The notes under the pieces: model-generated | Databases searched by the model: none | Told to the model about the DNA's origin: nothing | The model's input: only the letters and a program-made list of their open reading frames with translations | Shown here: piece after piece, positions 29,622 to 39,167 of the stretch | How the letters are laid out: every line of letters begins with the position of its first letter | Numbering within the stretch: the first letter of the stretch is position 1 | Source: an uncultured bacterium | GTDB lineage: Bacteria; Ratteibacteria; UBA8468; B48-G9; DSTR01 | NCBI GenBank assembly: GCA_964645405.1 | Contig: CAZYCA010000034.1 | Coordinates: 70,131 to 134,130, forward strand | DNA length: 64,000 bases | Reading direction: 5' to 3' | Made by a program: the position numbers and the translations under genes

Positions 29622-30413
29622 TCATTTCCACAGAGAAACAAGAACTGCCAGGAAAAAACAAATTCCATAAAAAACAACAATCGTTGGCCCACTGGGTAAA
29701 TCAAACCTCCAGGAAGCAGCCAGTCCGCTGATTACGCAGACAAGACTTGTGACTACAGATACCAGGATACTCTGCCTTATTCTGACAGTCAGCCAGAGAC
29801 CAGTTAGCGGAGGGATGATAAGAGAAGAAAAGACAAAAAGTAGACCACAATTTTTCATTGTCAGACCAATCACTATACCCAGACAGGCAAAGAAAACAAA
29901 GTTCCACAAAGCAACCGGAGTACCAAGAGTGAAAGTAAATTCCGGGTCCAGGGTGACAGCAATAAACTCTTTCTGGAAAATTATCTGACAAAGTAAAACA
30001 ACACTGATAACTGTAGCCATGATGATTACATCAGCGGTACTGACATAAAGAATATTACCGGAAAGTAAGTCAATCCCATGTGCTTCCGCCAGCGGATTTT
30101 TGGCTATCAAAAGGACAGAAGACGCGGCAGCAAAAGCATAGATAAAACCAACAACTGCCTCACTGAAGACTCTTTGCCCTTCCAGGGTCTTCCATAGAAT
30201 CAGGGTGACTGTCCCGGTGAGAAGAAAAGCCGGGAGAGCAGGAGCTACCCCGAGGAATAACCCAGCTGCCACCCCCAGTGCCGCCACCTCCGAAAGAGCC
30301 ACAGATAAAAAGACAATCCTTCTCCAGATAACAAAAATGCCCAGGTAGCCACAGCCTGCAGCCGCCACTATCCCGGAAACAAGCGCCTTCTGCATAAACG
30401 GCTCGGAAAACAT
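29622..30413 (-). CDS. Metal (Zn/Mn/Fe) ABC transporter permease, ABC-3 (TroCD/ZnuB/MntB) family
   Basis: The length is 263 aa. The N-terminus MQKALVSGIVAAAGCGYLGIFVIWRRIVF and the 8 TM helices are typical of ABC-3 permeases. Confidence 0.85.
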   Translation of the reverse strand: MFSEPFMQKALVSGIVAAAGCGYLGIFVIWRRIVFLSVALSEVAALGVAAGLFLGVAPALPAFLLTGTVTLILWKTLEGQRVFSEAVVGFIYAFAAASSVLLIAKNPLAEAHGIDLLSGNILYVSTADVIIMATVISVVLLCQIIFQKEFIAVTLDPEFTFTLGTPVALWNFVFFACLGIVIGLTMKNCGLLFVFSSLIIPPLTGLWLTVRIRQSILVSVVTSLVCVISGLAASWRFDLPSGPTIVVFYGICFFLAVLVSLWK

Positions 30414-30425
30414 TATAATCCTTTG

Positions 30426-31160
30426 TCAGGAAATGGAAATACCTTCCTTCCCCCTTTCCAGGCAGATGCTGGTCCCCAGAACCTCTGACAGTAGCTCAGA
30501 ATTCAGCTGGTTCTTATCAGCTACTTTCAGCAAATTATTTCTTCCCAGAAACAGAAAGTGCTCCGCTTCGTTAATCACTCTAAAAAGTTCATGACTGACC
30601 AGAATAACCGTCAGATGAAATCTGCTTCTTACCTCCCTTACCAGTTCCAGAAATTCCCTGGAACCTCTCCAGTCTAAGTCTGTGGTCGGTTCGTCCAAAA
30701 GTAGAACCTGTGGTCGGGTTGCCAGAGCCCTGGCTAAAAGTACTCTTTGCTTCTGACCACCTGATAGCTGGGAAAAAAGTTTTTCGGAAAGATCTTCCAC
30801 CCCGCATAAACGCAGACATTTTTCTACTTCCCTCAGGTCTTTTTCGCTGAACCTGCGACCTGGACCAGCCTGCTTAATCCTGGATAGCAAAGTGATTTCT
30901 CTGACAGTACAACCAACTATTTCTTCTCCTGCTTTTCTCTGCTGGCAGTATCCAAAAACCAGATTTTTTTCTTTCCATATTTTTCCTTTAAGCGGGAGAA
31001 TAAATCCGAGGATAGCCCTTAAAGTCGTAGTCTTTCCTGAACCATTTGGTCCAATGAAACCCCAGTATTGCCCTGGATAGATGTCCAGGGAAAGAGAGGA
31101 AATTACCACCTGTCCCTTATAACCAAGGCAGACATCCTGCAAAGAAATTATTGGTTTCAT
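30426..31160 (-). CDS. Metal ABC transporter ATP-binding protein (ZnuC/TroB-like)
   Basis: Walker A is GPNGSGKTT, the signature is LSGGQKQRVLLARAL and Walker B is LLLDEPTTDLD. The length is 244 aa. Confidence 0.85.
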   Translation of the reverse strand: MKPIISLQDVCLGYKGQVVISSLSLDIYPGQYWGFIGPNGSGKTTTLRAILGFILPLKGKIWKEKNLVFGYCQQRKAGEEIVGCTVREITLLSRIKQAGPGRRFSEKDLREVEKCLRLCGVEDLSEKLFSQLSGGQKQRVLLARALATRPQVLLLDEPTTDLDWRGSREFLELVREVRSRFHLTVILVSHELFRVINEAEHFLFLGRNNLLKVADKNQLNSELLSEVLGTSICLERGKEGISIS

Positions 31161-32062
31161 GGTGTCAGTGCTGCGGTTATCAGGTTAACTATAGTCTCAA
31201 AAAGACTGAAGTAATCTTTCGCCTCAGGACTGCCACCTACCGAATTAGGGAAAACAACTACTTTTGCTCCTGTTTGCCTGGCAACAAAATCAGCCACCCT
31301 GCGATTATAGAAAACTTCCATCAGGATAAGCCGCACATTTTCTTTTTTCATTATCTTCACCACCTCAGCCAGATGGGCTGGACTGGGAGGAATACCTGGT
31401 TTCGGTTCCAGTTCCGTCACAATTTGCAGCCCGAAGCGTCTGCAAAAGTAAGGAAGGCTCCTGTGGTAGCTCACCGCTTTTACCTCTCCCCGCGTTTCCA
31501 TCTTTTTCCGGCAGGTGATAATAAGGGAATCTATCCTTCCTTCAAAAGTTTTCAGGTTAGATTTAAAGTAGTCGCTGTTTTCCGGTGACAACTGGCTCAA
31601 CCGCCGGGCAATCTGCCTGGCGATAAGCCTGCCATTTTCCGGGTCCAGCCAGTAATGAGGGTTACCCAGGGGATGAATATCACCCATGGAAGCATCTACC
31701 TTTACTCCTGGTGGTAAAACTTCCAGTTTGTCAATCGGTCCGGAAAGGTCCAGAAAACCAATTTTACCGGTGTTGACCACAGGATTTCTGGCAGCATCCA
31801 GAAGAGTATAAACCCACAAGTCTAAATCCATTCCTACTGCCAGTACCAGGTGAGCCTTTTTAATTTTAATTACCATTGATGGTCTGGGCTCCACAAAATG
31901 CGGGTCCTGAGTTCCACTGATAAGGCAGACTACTTCCACCTTATCACCACCTATCTCCCTGGTAATAGAAGCTAAATCAGAAGTGGTCGTTACCACACTG
32001 ATTTTCTCAGCCTGAGCCGTGTTTAAGGCTAGCAGCAAAATGATAAAGAATAGTTTTTTCAT
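31157..32062 (-). CDS. Metal ABC transporter periplasmic substrate-binding protein (cluster A-I, TroA/ZnuA-like)
   Basis: The ATG at 32062 gives MKKLFFIILLLALNTAQA, a signal peptide. The body reads TTTSDLASITREIGGDKVEVVCL...DPHFVEP, which supplies the conserved His/Asp metal ligands. Confidence 0.8.
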   Translation of the reverse strand: MKKLFFIILLLALNTAQAEKISVVTTTSDLASITREIGGDKVEVVCLISGTQDPHFVEPRPSMVIKIKKAHLVLAVGMDLDLWVYTLLDAARNPVVNTGKIGFLDLSGPIDKLEVLPPGVKVDASMGDIHPLGNPHYWLDPENGRLIARQIARRLSQLSPENSDYFKSNLKTFEGRIDSLIITCRKKMETRGEVKAVSYHRSLPYFCRRFGLQIVTELEPKPGIPPSPAHLAEVVKIMKKENVRLILMEVFYNRRVADFVARQTGAKVVVFPNSVGGSPEAKDYFSLFETIVNLITAALTP

Positions 32063-32082
32063 TGTTACTCCCTTCATGTTAC

Positions 32083-33291
32083 CTACTCCAGTAAGTGGCT
32101 GTGCGGACCAATCCCAAAAAGAATCTGCAAGTACACGCCAAAATCTTCCTTCATGTCAGTCTGCGCCTGCAGCCGTAGTAAGTTCATTTCAGAAAGATTT
32201 CTGGTGAGAATCAAACTGCTTTTTTTCTCCGGAGAACGCAGGGAAGAAGGGAAAGGTGGCTGTACCCAGTCATACCGAAAACCAACATTCCAGTACTTAT
32301 CCCATCTCCAGTTTAAAAAAGTATAAGCACCCCAGTGGCTGATTCTTCCCAGAGGAATTTTTCTTTCGCAGTGAAGAAGTTCGCTGCGCCAGAGAAACCT
32401 CTGGTAACCCCTGCCAAGGTATTTAAGTGTCAAATCCGTACCGTAAACAGAAAGTTTGTCCAGATGGTCCTGGTGGTGGGAACCATATCCCTTAAGACCG
32501 GAAAAACCTAACTCCAGTTCTGTCGGGCCGAGTTCTCCTGCCAGCCAGATTCTGCCGGAGTAAACTTTATCTGCCGGACTGGCCATCGGCTCTGGTCCGT
32601 GTGTATGTTCAGCTTCCACCTGCCAGAAACCGCCTTCTACCTGAGCGAAAAAAGGTAGCGGCAACTGATAGGAAATGTTGAGTCCATTACCGGCTAAACC
32701 ATGCCCACCAAGATATTCTCTGAGTACGGCAGGCCTATCCACAAAATCCCAGTGGTGAGGATGGACAGGATTAATCTTGCCAAAAGGAATCAGCTTTTTC
32801 CCGATCTGGGCTGATAAACCGTGTCCCAGGTTTAGAAAACTAACATAACCTTCTTCCAGCTCAACCTGGTAGTCTCCATCCTGGTGCCGATGAAGACAGA
32901 CAAAAGCGTCGGCTCTCACCTCCGGGAAAAGGTATCCCTGTAAACCCAATTCCAGTTCCTGTAAAAAAATTTTATTCCGGCTCTCATCCCCTTCTCTGTC
33001 CGGACCGAAAAACCCACTTATATCCCCGATAACACTGATGTCCGGTAAACTAAGGGAGGAAGTTTTCTTTTCTTTCACCTCCGTGAATTTCACGGGCTGT
33101 GAACCTGCTGCTTTTTCCAGCTGGTTTATTTTTTCTTCCAGCGTTCTGATTCTCTCTTCGTAATTTCTCGTAATAGTGGAAAGTTCTTCTGTGAGTTTGT
33201 GAAGTTCCTCTTTTAATGCTTTCACGGATTCCTCACCCCTGACGATACTGCACCATAACAAAAACAGTAGTAAGTACTTAAAAGTTTTCAT
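32083..33291 (-). CDS. Putative outer-membrane beta-barrel protein with an N-terminal periplasmic coiled coil
   Basis: The signal peptide MKTFKYLLLFLLWCSIVRG is followed by a roughly 60 aa heptad-rich segment (LKEELHKLTEELSTITRNYEERIRTLEEKINQLEK). The rest is rich in alternating aromatic/Gly beta strands and ends in an aromatic residue. It lies 5 nt upstream of the substrate-binding-protein gene. Confidence 0.4.
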   Translation of the reverse strand: MKTFKYLLLFLLWCSIVRGEESVKALKEELHKLTEELSTITRNYEERIRTLEEKINQLEKAAGSQPVKFTEVKEKKTSSLSLPDISVIGDISGFFGPDREGDESRNKIFLQELELGLQGYLFPEVRADAFVCLHRHQDGDYQVELEEGYVSFLNLGHGLSAQIGKKLIPFGKINPVHPHHWDFVDRPAVLREYLGGHGLAGNGLNISYQLPLPFFAQVEGGFWQVEAEHTHGPEPMASPADKVYSGRIWLAGELGPTELELGFSGLKGYGSHHQDHLDKLSVYGTDLTLKYLGRGYQRFLWRSELLHCERKIPLGRISHWGAYTFLNWRWDKYWNVGFRYDWVQPPFPSSLRSPEKKSSLILTRNLSEMNLLRLQAQTDMKEDFGVYLQILFGIGPHSHLLE

Positions 33292-33331
33292 AAAGCCTCC
33301 TGATTTTAGAAAGGGAGAAAAAAATACCTGG

Positions 33332-33601
33332 TCAAATCAGGGGAGGAGCCCGGGAATCATACCTTCTGCTGACAGAAACAGGCAACTTATACCGGTAAAC
33401 AGGAGACAGGAAGAAAGGCAGAAGAAAGAGTAAAAGGATGACAATGGCAGTGATATTACTTCCACTGAAGGAAAGTTTAAGAAGACAACCGGGACAGCTG
33501 TCATCACTCCAGAAGTGGTCACAGTGCGGCAACGGTGCCCAGAAAAAACTAAGAACAAGCAGGCAGAGAAGAAGCAGTCTGTAATATCTGTAAAGCTTCA
33601 T
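33332..33601 (-). CDS. Small two-TM membrane protein with an HCDH...CPGC metal/redox motif
   Basis: In the 89 aa protein, the loop between the TM helices reads PLPHCDHFWSDDSCPGC. It is embedded in the operon with gaps of 40-51 nt on each side. Confidence 0.35.
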   Translation of the reverse strand: MKLYRYYRLLLLCLLVLSFFWAPLPHCDHFWSDDSCPGCLLKLSFSGSNITAIVILLLFLLPFFLSPVYRYKLPVSVSRRYDSRAPPLI

Positions 33602-33652
33602 ATTATTTTTTTACCCTTTATCCTGTTTTCCGTCAAGATTTACAAGGTATAG

Positions 33653-34468
33653 TCACAGCAGCCTTTTCCTTTTCAAAACCTCGCTTGCCAGAAGAATTAT
33701 TAGACAGCAGAAAGTAAAAGTATAGGCAACAAAAATTATCAGCTGAACCCAATCTTTGGGCAGAACAATCCAGCTTCTTGCTATCTCAGCGAATTGCTCT
33801 TCAGAAGGAACCTGAACCGGAACTATTCTGTATAAAAGCCCGGTCAGACTTCTTGCCAGATCCAGCAGGAATGCCCTGCTGAAGGAGGAGGCATTCTGTA
33901 AGGCAGCTTTGATGACCAGTTGAAGCCAGTATAGCGTCTTCTCATTCATCACACTGATAAGAAAAACTGCCAGTAGCGGATGGATAACCAGACCTAAAAG
34001 AAGAAGAAAAAAGGAAATAATTAACGCCTCACACCATTTTTGCAAGCAGACAAAAACCAGTCCAGATTGATACGGAATCTCCTCCACTACAAACAGCAAT
34101 AAACCGACGAAAAAAGAAAGAAAAAAAAGTGCTGTTGCTACAATGGCGATACTTAGGGCAAGAGAAACCATCCAGATTTCAGGCGGACAGGGCCTGGTGA
34201 AAACCATTTTCAGGCAACGCTGGCTGCTGTGACTGAAGATAGTTATAATGCCAAGAGCGACAACAAGGATATATCCAAAATTGTTAAAGGTCTCGGTAAA
34301 ATTCTTAATGGTTTCAAATACACTACCGCGATATGCGCCCAGAAGGTTTCGCAAAAAGATACTCATGATAGTTTGCGTCACCAGAATAGTGAAAATTAAA
34401 AGTAGCAAACCATTTCTGGAAAAAAAGATTAAATCAGTCTTTATATTTGCCAGTATCTTCCTTCTCAC
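33653..34468 (-). CDS. ABC-2-type transporter permease
   Basis: The length is 271 aa with about 6 TM helices. It overlaps the upstream ABC ATPase by 35 nt. Confidence 0.5.
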   Translation of the reverse strand: MRRKILANIKTDLIFFSRNGLLLLIFTILVTQTIMSIFLRNLLGAYRGSVFETIKNFTETFNNFGYILVVALGIITIFSHSSQRCLKMVFTRPCPPEIWMVSLALSIAIVATALFFLSFFVGLLLFVVEEIPYQSGLVFVCLQKWCEALIISFFLLLLGLVIHPLLAVFLISVMNEKTLYWLQLVIKAALQNASSFSRAFLLDLARSLTGLLYRIVPVQVPSEEQFAEIARSWIVLPKDWVQLIIFVAYTFTFCCLIILLASEVLKRKRLL

Positions 34469-35363
34469 CTGATACTCCAGTTATGATGCTGGTAAATACC
34501 TGCTCTAACGATGCCTTCTTTAACGAACAGAGATATAACTTCACCTGTCTCTGTTGAAGAAAATTAAAGAAATCATTAAGATGTTCATAGCCAATTAATC
34601 CTTTTACCGAGGAATCTGTTTTTGTTCTGATGTTGATCCAGTCCGGAATATCAGAACAGGGTTCAAACTCCACCTCATATTGTTGCTGCCTGAAACCAAG
34701 CAGCAATTTCAGCTCATCTTCCACTATTACATGACCTTTGTCCATGATGGCCACTCTGTTACATATCATTTCCACTTCAGAAAGGATATGCGAATTAAGG
34801 AAAATAGTCACACCACTTTTGTTTTTTTCCACAAGCATATCCTGGAATTGAGCAGTGCTCAGCGGGTCAAGACCCCTTGTTGGTTCATCAAGAAATATGA
34901 GCTTTGCATGCTCATTCAGAAGAACTTGAATGAGACCAACTTTTTGTTTCATTCCTTTGGAACAGTGATTTAATCTCAAGCGTTTAAACTGGGCAAGACC
35001 AAAACATTCCAGAAGATTCTGGATTTGCTGGCTGGAGGGACAGGAGCCATAAAGTTCAGCATAATAGGTAATTGCTTCTTCCACAGTTAAGTACAGATGG
35101 TAATGTGCTTCTTCAGGAAGATAACAGATGTATTGAAATAAACTGCTGCCCGGTGAAAGTTCCTGATCCATTACCCTGACAGTACCGGAATCTGGTTTAA
35201 TTAATCCCAGTAAGGTGTACATAGCGGTGGACTTACCTGCACCGTTGGGACCCAGGAGTCCAAAAATGTCACCCTGCTTTACTGTCAGGTTAAACCCGTC
35301 CAGGGCTTTAATTGTTCCTTTCAGCCCCTTATAACTGACACAGACATTTCTTGCTTCAATCAT
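34434..35363 (-). CDS. ABC transporter ATP-binding protein (ABC-2 exporter type, with a C-terminal extension)
   Basis: Walker A is GLLGPNGAGKSTAM, the signature is CSKGMKQKVGLIQVL and Walker B is IFLDEPTRGLD. The length is 309 aa. Confidence 0.85.
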   Translation of the reverse strand: MIEARNVCVSYKGLKGTIKALDGFNLTVKQGDIFGLLGPNGAGKSTAMYTLLGLIKPDSGTVRVMDQELSPGSSLFQYICYLPEEAHYHLYLTVEEAITYYAELYGSCPSSQQIQNLLECFGLAQFKRLRLNHCSKGMKQKVGLIQVLLNEHAKLIFLDEPTRGLDPLSTAQFQDMLVEKNKSGVTIFLNSHILSEVEMICNRVAIMDKGHVIVEDELKLLLGFRQQQYEVEFEPCSDIPDWINIRTKTDSSVKGLIGYEHLNDFFNFLQQRQVKLYLCSLKKASLEQVFTSIITGVSGEKEDTGKYKD

Positions 35364-36210
35364 TTTTCACAGCGCAGTAGCGAGTATTGATTATCCTGAC
35401 AATTTCTGTTTCGCTTTTTCCTTTCTCCATTTCTTCCCTCATTTCCCCAATAGCTTTTTTGCACATGGTACAGTCACAGTCAATTAAATTCCTGCCGCAA
35501 CCCCTCGGACAATAGATTTTTCTTGCTATTTTTTTCTCTTCTTCAGTCAATTTTTTCTTTGATTTTTCTGGTTTCAGTCCCAGGGAAGATTCTACCTTGC
35601 TCATTCTCAGAAATTCCTCCCTGGAAATACCATTACCAGATTCCACCAGAGTGATTACCTTCTGCACAACTGGCTCCAGAGTAACTGCTGTGTTGTAAAT
35701 GGCTCCGCTTTCATAAAAGCGAATTCTGCCATGGGTATCAATGACCACTGTTGTGGGATAAGAATCTATAGCAAACTTTTCCTCAATCTCTCCACTATCT
35801 ACAGCCACAGGGAAACTGATTTTGTTTTCTTTTAAAAACTTCTCTACGGTCTCCCTTTTCTCAGAACTAATGGCTACCATGAACATTTGTTCAGGAGAAA
35901 ATTTGCCATAAAATTTGTTTAACGAGGGGATTTCCCTCCGGCATGGTTCACACCAGGTGGAAAAGAAATTAATAACAATACATTTTTTCCCGACAAGATC
36001 AGACAGATTAACCTTCTCACCGGAAAGTAATAAAAACTCGCATTCCGGTGCGGTTTTGCCGACTATTTCCATGGGAAGCGACAGGTAGGAAGCATATTTC
36101 TCCACCAGACTTTCCTCAGGATTTTTCTTGAGATAAAAATGAAAAGCACCAACTGCCAGAACCAGGATAAGAACCAACAAGGAAGGGGAAATGGTAAATT
36201 TTCTTACCAT
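35356..36210 (-). CDS. TlpA/ResA-like thiol-disulfide oxidoreductase (membrane-anchored thioredoxin fold) with a C-terminal multi-cysteine tail
   Basis: An N-terminal TM helix is present. The thioredoxin active site is WCEPC. The C-terminal extension reads YCPRGCGRNLIDCDCTMCKK. The length is 284 aa. Confidence 0.75.
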   Translation of the reverse strand: MVRKFTISPSLLVLILVLAVGAFHFYLKKNPEESLVEKYASYLSLPMEIVGKTAPECEFLLLSGEKVNLSDLVGKKCIVINFFSTWCEPCRREIPSLNKFYGKFSPEQMFMVAISSEKRETVEKFLKENKISFPVAVDSGEIEEKFAIDSYPTTVVIDTHGRIRFYESGAIYNTAVTLEPVVQKVITLVESGNGISREEFLRMSKVESSLGLKPEKSKKKLTEEEKKIARKIYCPRGCGRNLIDCDCTMCKKAIGEMREEMEKGKSETEIVRIINTRYCAVKND

Positions 36211-36392
36211 AGCGTATTAAAATCTACAAAAAACATTTTTCTGTGTCAAGCTCATTAAGACAAGCAGCAGTAAAGACTGAACCAGTGACAGGAAACGCAT
36301 TGTTTTTGCTGGCAGGCACAAACTTCACCTTTTTGCTACCTTCTGATACAATACAGCAAGATTTTCTTTTACGGAATCTGGTACTGGCTCTA

Positions 36393-37908
36393 ATGAAAAC
36401 TAACAGGCAGAACACCAGGGCTACAAAAAAACCGAATGTACTCTGGGTTATGACTGACCAGTGCCGGGCTGATTGTTTGGGATTTATGAGAAATAAGGTT
36501 GTGCAAACTCCAAATATTGATAAAATCGCCCGGCAGGGTATTGTTTTTCACCAATGCCTTCTGTCAAAGTCCTGTTTGCATGGCATCCAGAGCCAGTTTA
36601 TTCACAGGAAGGTATCCTTCTTCTATCAAAATAAGAGGGATGGGTGTCTTGCCACCTTCGGAAACAACCTTTCCAGAATTTTTAAGGTCCCATGGATACC
36701 ACACGGCTTGCTCTGGTAAGCTTCATTTCACTCCAGAACAGTACACCAGAAACCAGCTGGGAAGTGATATTCCAGTAGTTGACTGGAAGAGATTCGCCAG
36801 AGATGCCCGGCTAATTCTTATCCCGGATAACCCGCTTAAAGAAAATTACACTTTTCAAGAATACGTGGGTTGCGAGGACATACTGCCTGGTAATTATCAC
36901 TCCTGGCTGGAAAAAAATTTTCCTGAACTGAAAAACAGGCAGGTTAAACCACTGACTGATAAAGGACCTGGAGACCTCTAGGTGTCACCCTATCCTTCCT
37001 GCGCCCATCCAACAACATTTATTGCCGGGCAGGCAGAAAACTTTATCAGAAAATTCCAAAATAAAAATCCCTGGTTTGTATTCTGTTCCTTTATGGCACC
37101 TCACCACCCGTTTGAAGCCCCCCAAGAGCAGATTGACCGGTATGAACTGGGAAGTATACCGCTACCTGATTATAAGCAAGGAGTGGAAAAACAGTTTATT
37201 CCACCTCCTGCCTCAGAGGCAATTGGCATAGGGGAGAAATACCCGCAATGGGTGCAAAGAAAGATTATTCAGCATTATTTTGCCAGCATCAGTCTGGTAG
37301 ATGATTGTGTGGGAAAACTCATAAGAACGCTGGAACAAACAGGTCAAATTGAAAACACCGTCATTGTTTCCACCTCCGACCATGGCCAGTTTCTTGGAAA
37401 CCATGGGCTTTTACGAAAACCTTCCCTTCATTATGATGAGTTACTGAGGGTTCCCCTGGTGATAAAATTGCCAGGTAGCTTTTGTGCTGGCAGGAAAATT
37501 GACGGATTGGTGGAACTGGTTGATGTTTATCCTACACTGGCTGGTTTTCTTGGATTAGCTGTAAATTCGGGAGTTCAGGGTACAGACTGGTCAGAAAATA
37601 TTATTGCAGGTGTCGGGAAAGAAAGTATTTACGCTGATATGTTTGATATAGAACCATTATTTGGTTCACCTTTCGGTCCATATATGGCTGTAATGACACT
37701 GCGGACAGAACAATGGAAAATAAATGTTTATCCCACAGCAGGGATTAGATACGGGCAACTGTTTAACCTGAAACAAGACCCCGGGGAGACAAGAAACCTT
37801 TATGCGGAGACATCATTGCGGCAGAGAAAAGAGGAACTGTTGTGGCATCTGATAAGAAAAATACACCTTATATCTGACCCTTTGCCGCTATGTCTTTCCC
37901 AGTATTAA
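36393..37908 (+). pseudogene. Sulfatase (arylsulfatase-family) pseudogene, disrupted by a +1 frameshift in a T5 run and an in-frame TAG
   Basis: Frame 0 gives MKTNRQNTRATKKPNVLWVMTDQCRAD...ARQGIVF. Frame +1 continues with FTNAFCQSPVCMASRASLFTGRYP, the C-x-A-x-R sulfatase maturation motif, up to the TAG at 36979-36981. The same frame then resumes with NPWFVFCSFMAPHHP...DHGQFLGNHG, typical of the sulfatase C-terminal half. Confidence 0.7.
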
Positions 37909-37944
37909 CAGTAATTATTCCGTGTTTTCTGAAAGTAAATTAGT

Positions 37945-39054
37945 TCATAATTTAATGGTGTAGTTTTTCACCCAGGTACAGACTTTTCTTATTGTCTCTG
38001 CCTGGCAGGAAGGTGGCATTACACCAGCAGAAGTAATTACGATTCCTCTGTGATGAGGAAGGACCTGAAGTTCCTTTTCCAGTTCTTTAATAATTGTTTC
38101 TGCAGGTTTTGTCCAGAGAATAGCATTTGTCCCACCAATCAAACATTTGTCAGGGCATACTGTTCTTCCTTCAAGAAGTGTTGTATTTCCTACCGGTGGA
38201 GAAGTGAAGGCTTCAAAGCCAGCCACAGGAAGTTTTGCCAGGTCTGGGAGTAACGCTTTCAGATGTCCACACATATGCAGAACAAGTAATTTTTGAGAAT
38301 TTTTTAATGTCTGACAGCATTTCAGAATATGGGGATAGCAGTAAGCTGTATATTGCCGGGGAGAGATAAGGGTGGTGGATGTGTTTTCCACCAGATATAA
38401 AATATCAGCAGGGCTTTTCTCTGCAAGAATCTCCGCATTCTTCAGCAGTCTCTTCTCCATGACATCAAAAAGTTCCGCTACCTCATCTTTATAATCAACA
38501 AGGAAATAATGACAGTTTTCTATCCCTGCCAGATGTTGCACCCAATGCATCAACGGTGTTGTACCAATAGACTGGGCAGTAACTGCCCCTGAGCCAATTT
38601 CTCTCAGTTTTTGTCTGGCGCTGGCAAGTCTTTCCTCATCAATCTCCAGATACGCATCTTTAAACCATTCCGTCATAATTTTAATGTCGTCTCTTGTTTT
38701 TATGGGAAATTCTACTGGATGCCAGGACTGCGAGGGTTCGTCAAACTTCATTACTCCTGTTAAATCACCATATTTTGTACGGTAGACACACCAGAAGGTC
38801 CTATTTTCTTCTTTTTGTTCCAGGCAGGTATCTTTCCTTTTTTCTCTGATAAATCCAGAAATCCATTCATGACGGTCACTACCAATCCAATAATGTAAAT
38901 CCTTTAGTTGCCAGTTCTTAAGTTTTGCTGAGTGCGCTCTTAGATAAGAAGTATTAATTTTCGGCCAGAAGGGTAATCTATCCAGTCCTTGCAGTTGCAA
39001 GGCTGCCAGCCATCTTTCTTTCACAGTCATGACACTACCTGTTACTGGATTCAC
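37945..39054 (-). CDS. Uroporphyrinogen decarboxylase (URO-D) family protein (MtaA/CmuA-like methyltransferase fold)
   Basis: The 369 aa protein has URO-D-like length and blocks (RLPFWPK..., HMCGH...). Confidence 0.65.
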   Translation of the reverse strand: MNPVTGSVMTVKERWLAALQLQGLDRLPFWPKINTSYLRAHSAKLKNWQLKDLHYWIGSDRHEWISGFIREKRKDTCLEQKEENRTFWCVYRTKYGDLTGVMKFDEPSQSWHPVEFPIKTRDDIKIMTEWFKDAYLEIDEERLASARQKLREIGSGAVTAQSIGTTPLMHWVQHLAGIENCHYFLVDYKDEVAELFDVMEKRLLKNAEILAEKSPADILYLVENTSTTLISPRQYTAYCYPHILKCCQTLKNSQKLLVLHMCGHLKALLPDLAKLPVAGFEAFTSPPVGNTTLLEGRTVCPDKCLIGGTNAILWTKPAETIIKELEKELQVLPHHRGIVITSAGVMPPSCQAETIRKVCTWVKNYTIKL

Positions 39055-39167
39055 CTTTATTTTATATTTTCTCTTGCTTTTGTCAATCCTTATCGCCTTG
39101 TTGACATCGCTTTATTCTATGTTAAAATATGAATGATAAAATTTTACTATTCAAGCTGGAGCGAAAT

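Noticed and set aside
33332-36210. Interpretation of the TlpA / ABC ATPase / ABC-2 permease / CxxC mini-protein set as System I cytochrome c maturation (CcmG/A/B/H) or as Nos accessory proteins (NosF/Y plus a SenC-like protein)
   Set aside because: CcmC/E/F and NosD/NosZ are absent. The ATPase is the 309 aa ABC-2 type rather than the roughly 205 aa CcmA. The motif is CxxC, not the CxxxC of SCO proteins.
36979-36981. The in-frame TAG in the sulfatase as programmed recoding or stop-codon reassignment
   Set aside because: Other genes in the window terminate normally (lepA, for example, at TGA), and a second frameshift lesion lies in the same gene. Pseudogenisation is the more parsimonious explanation.
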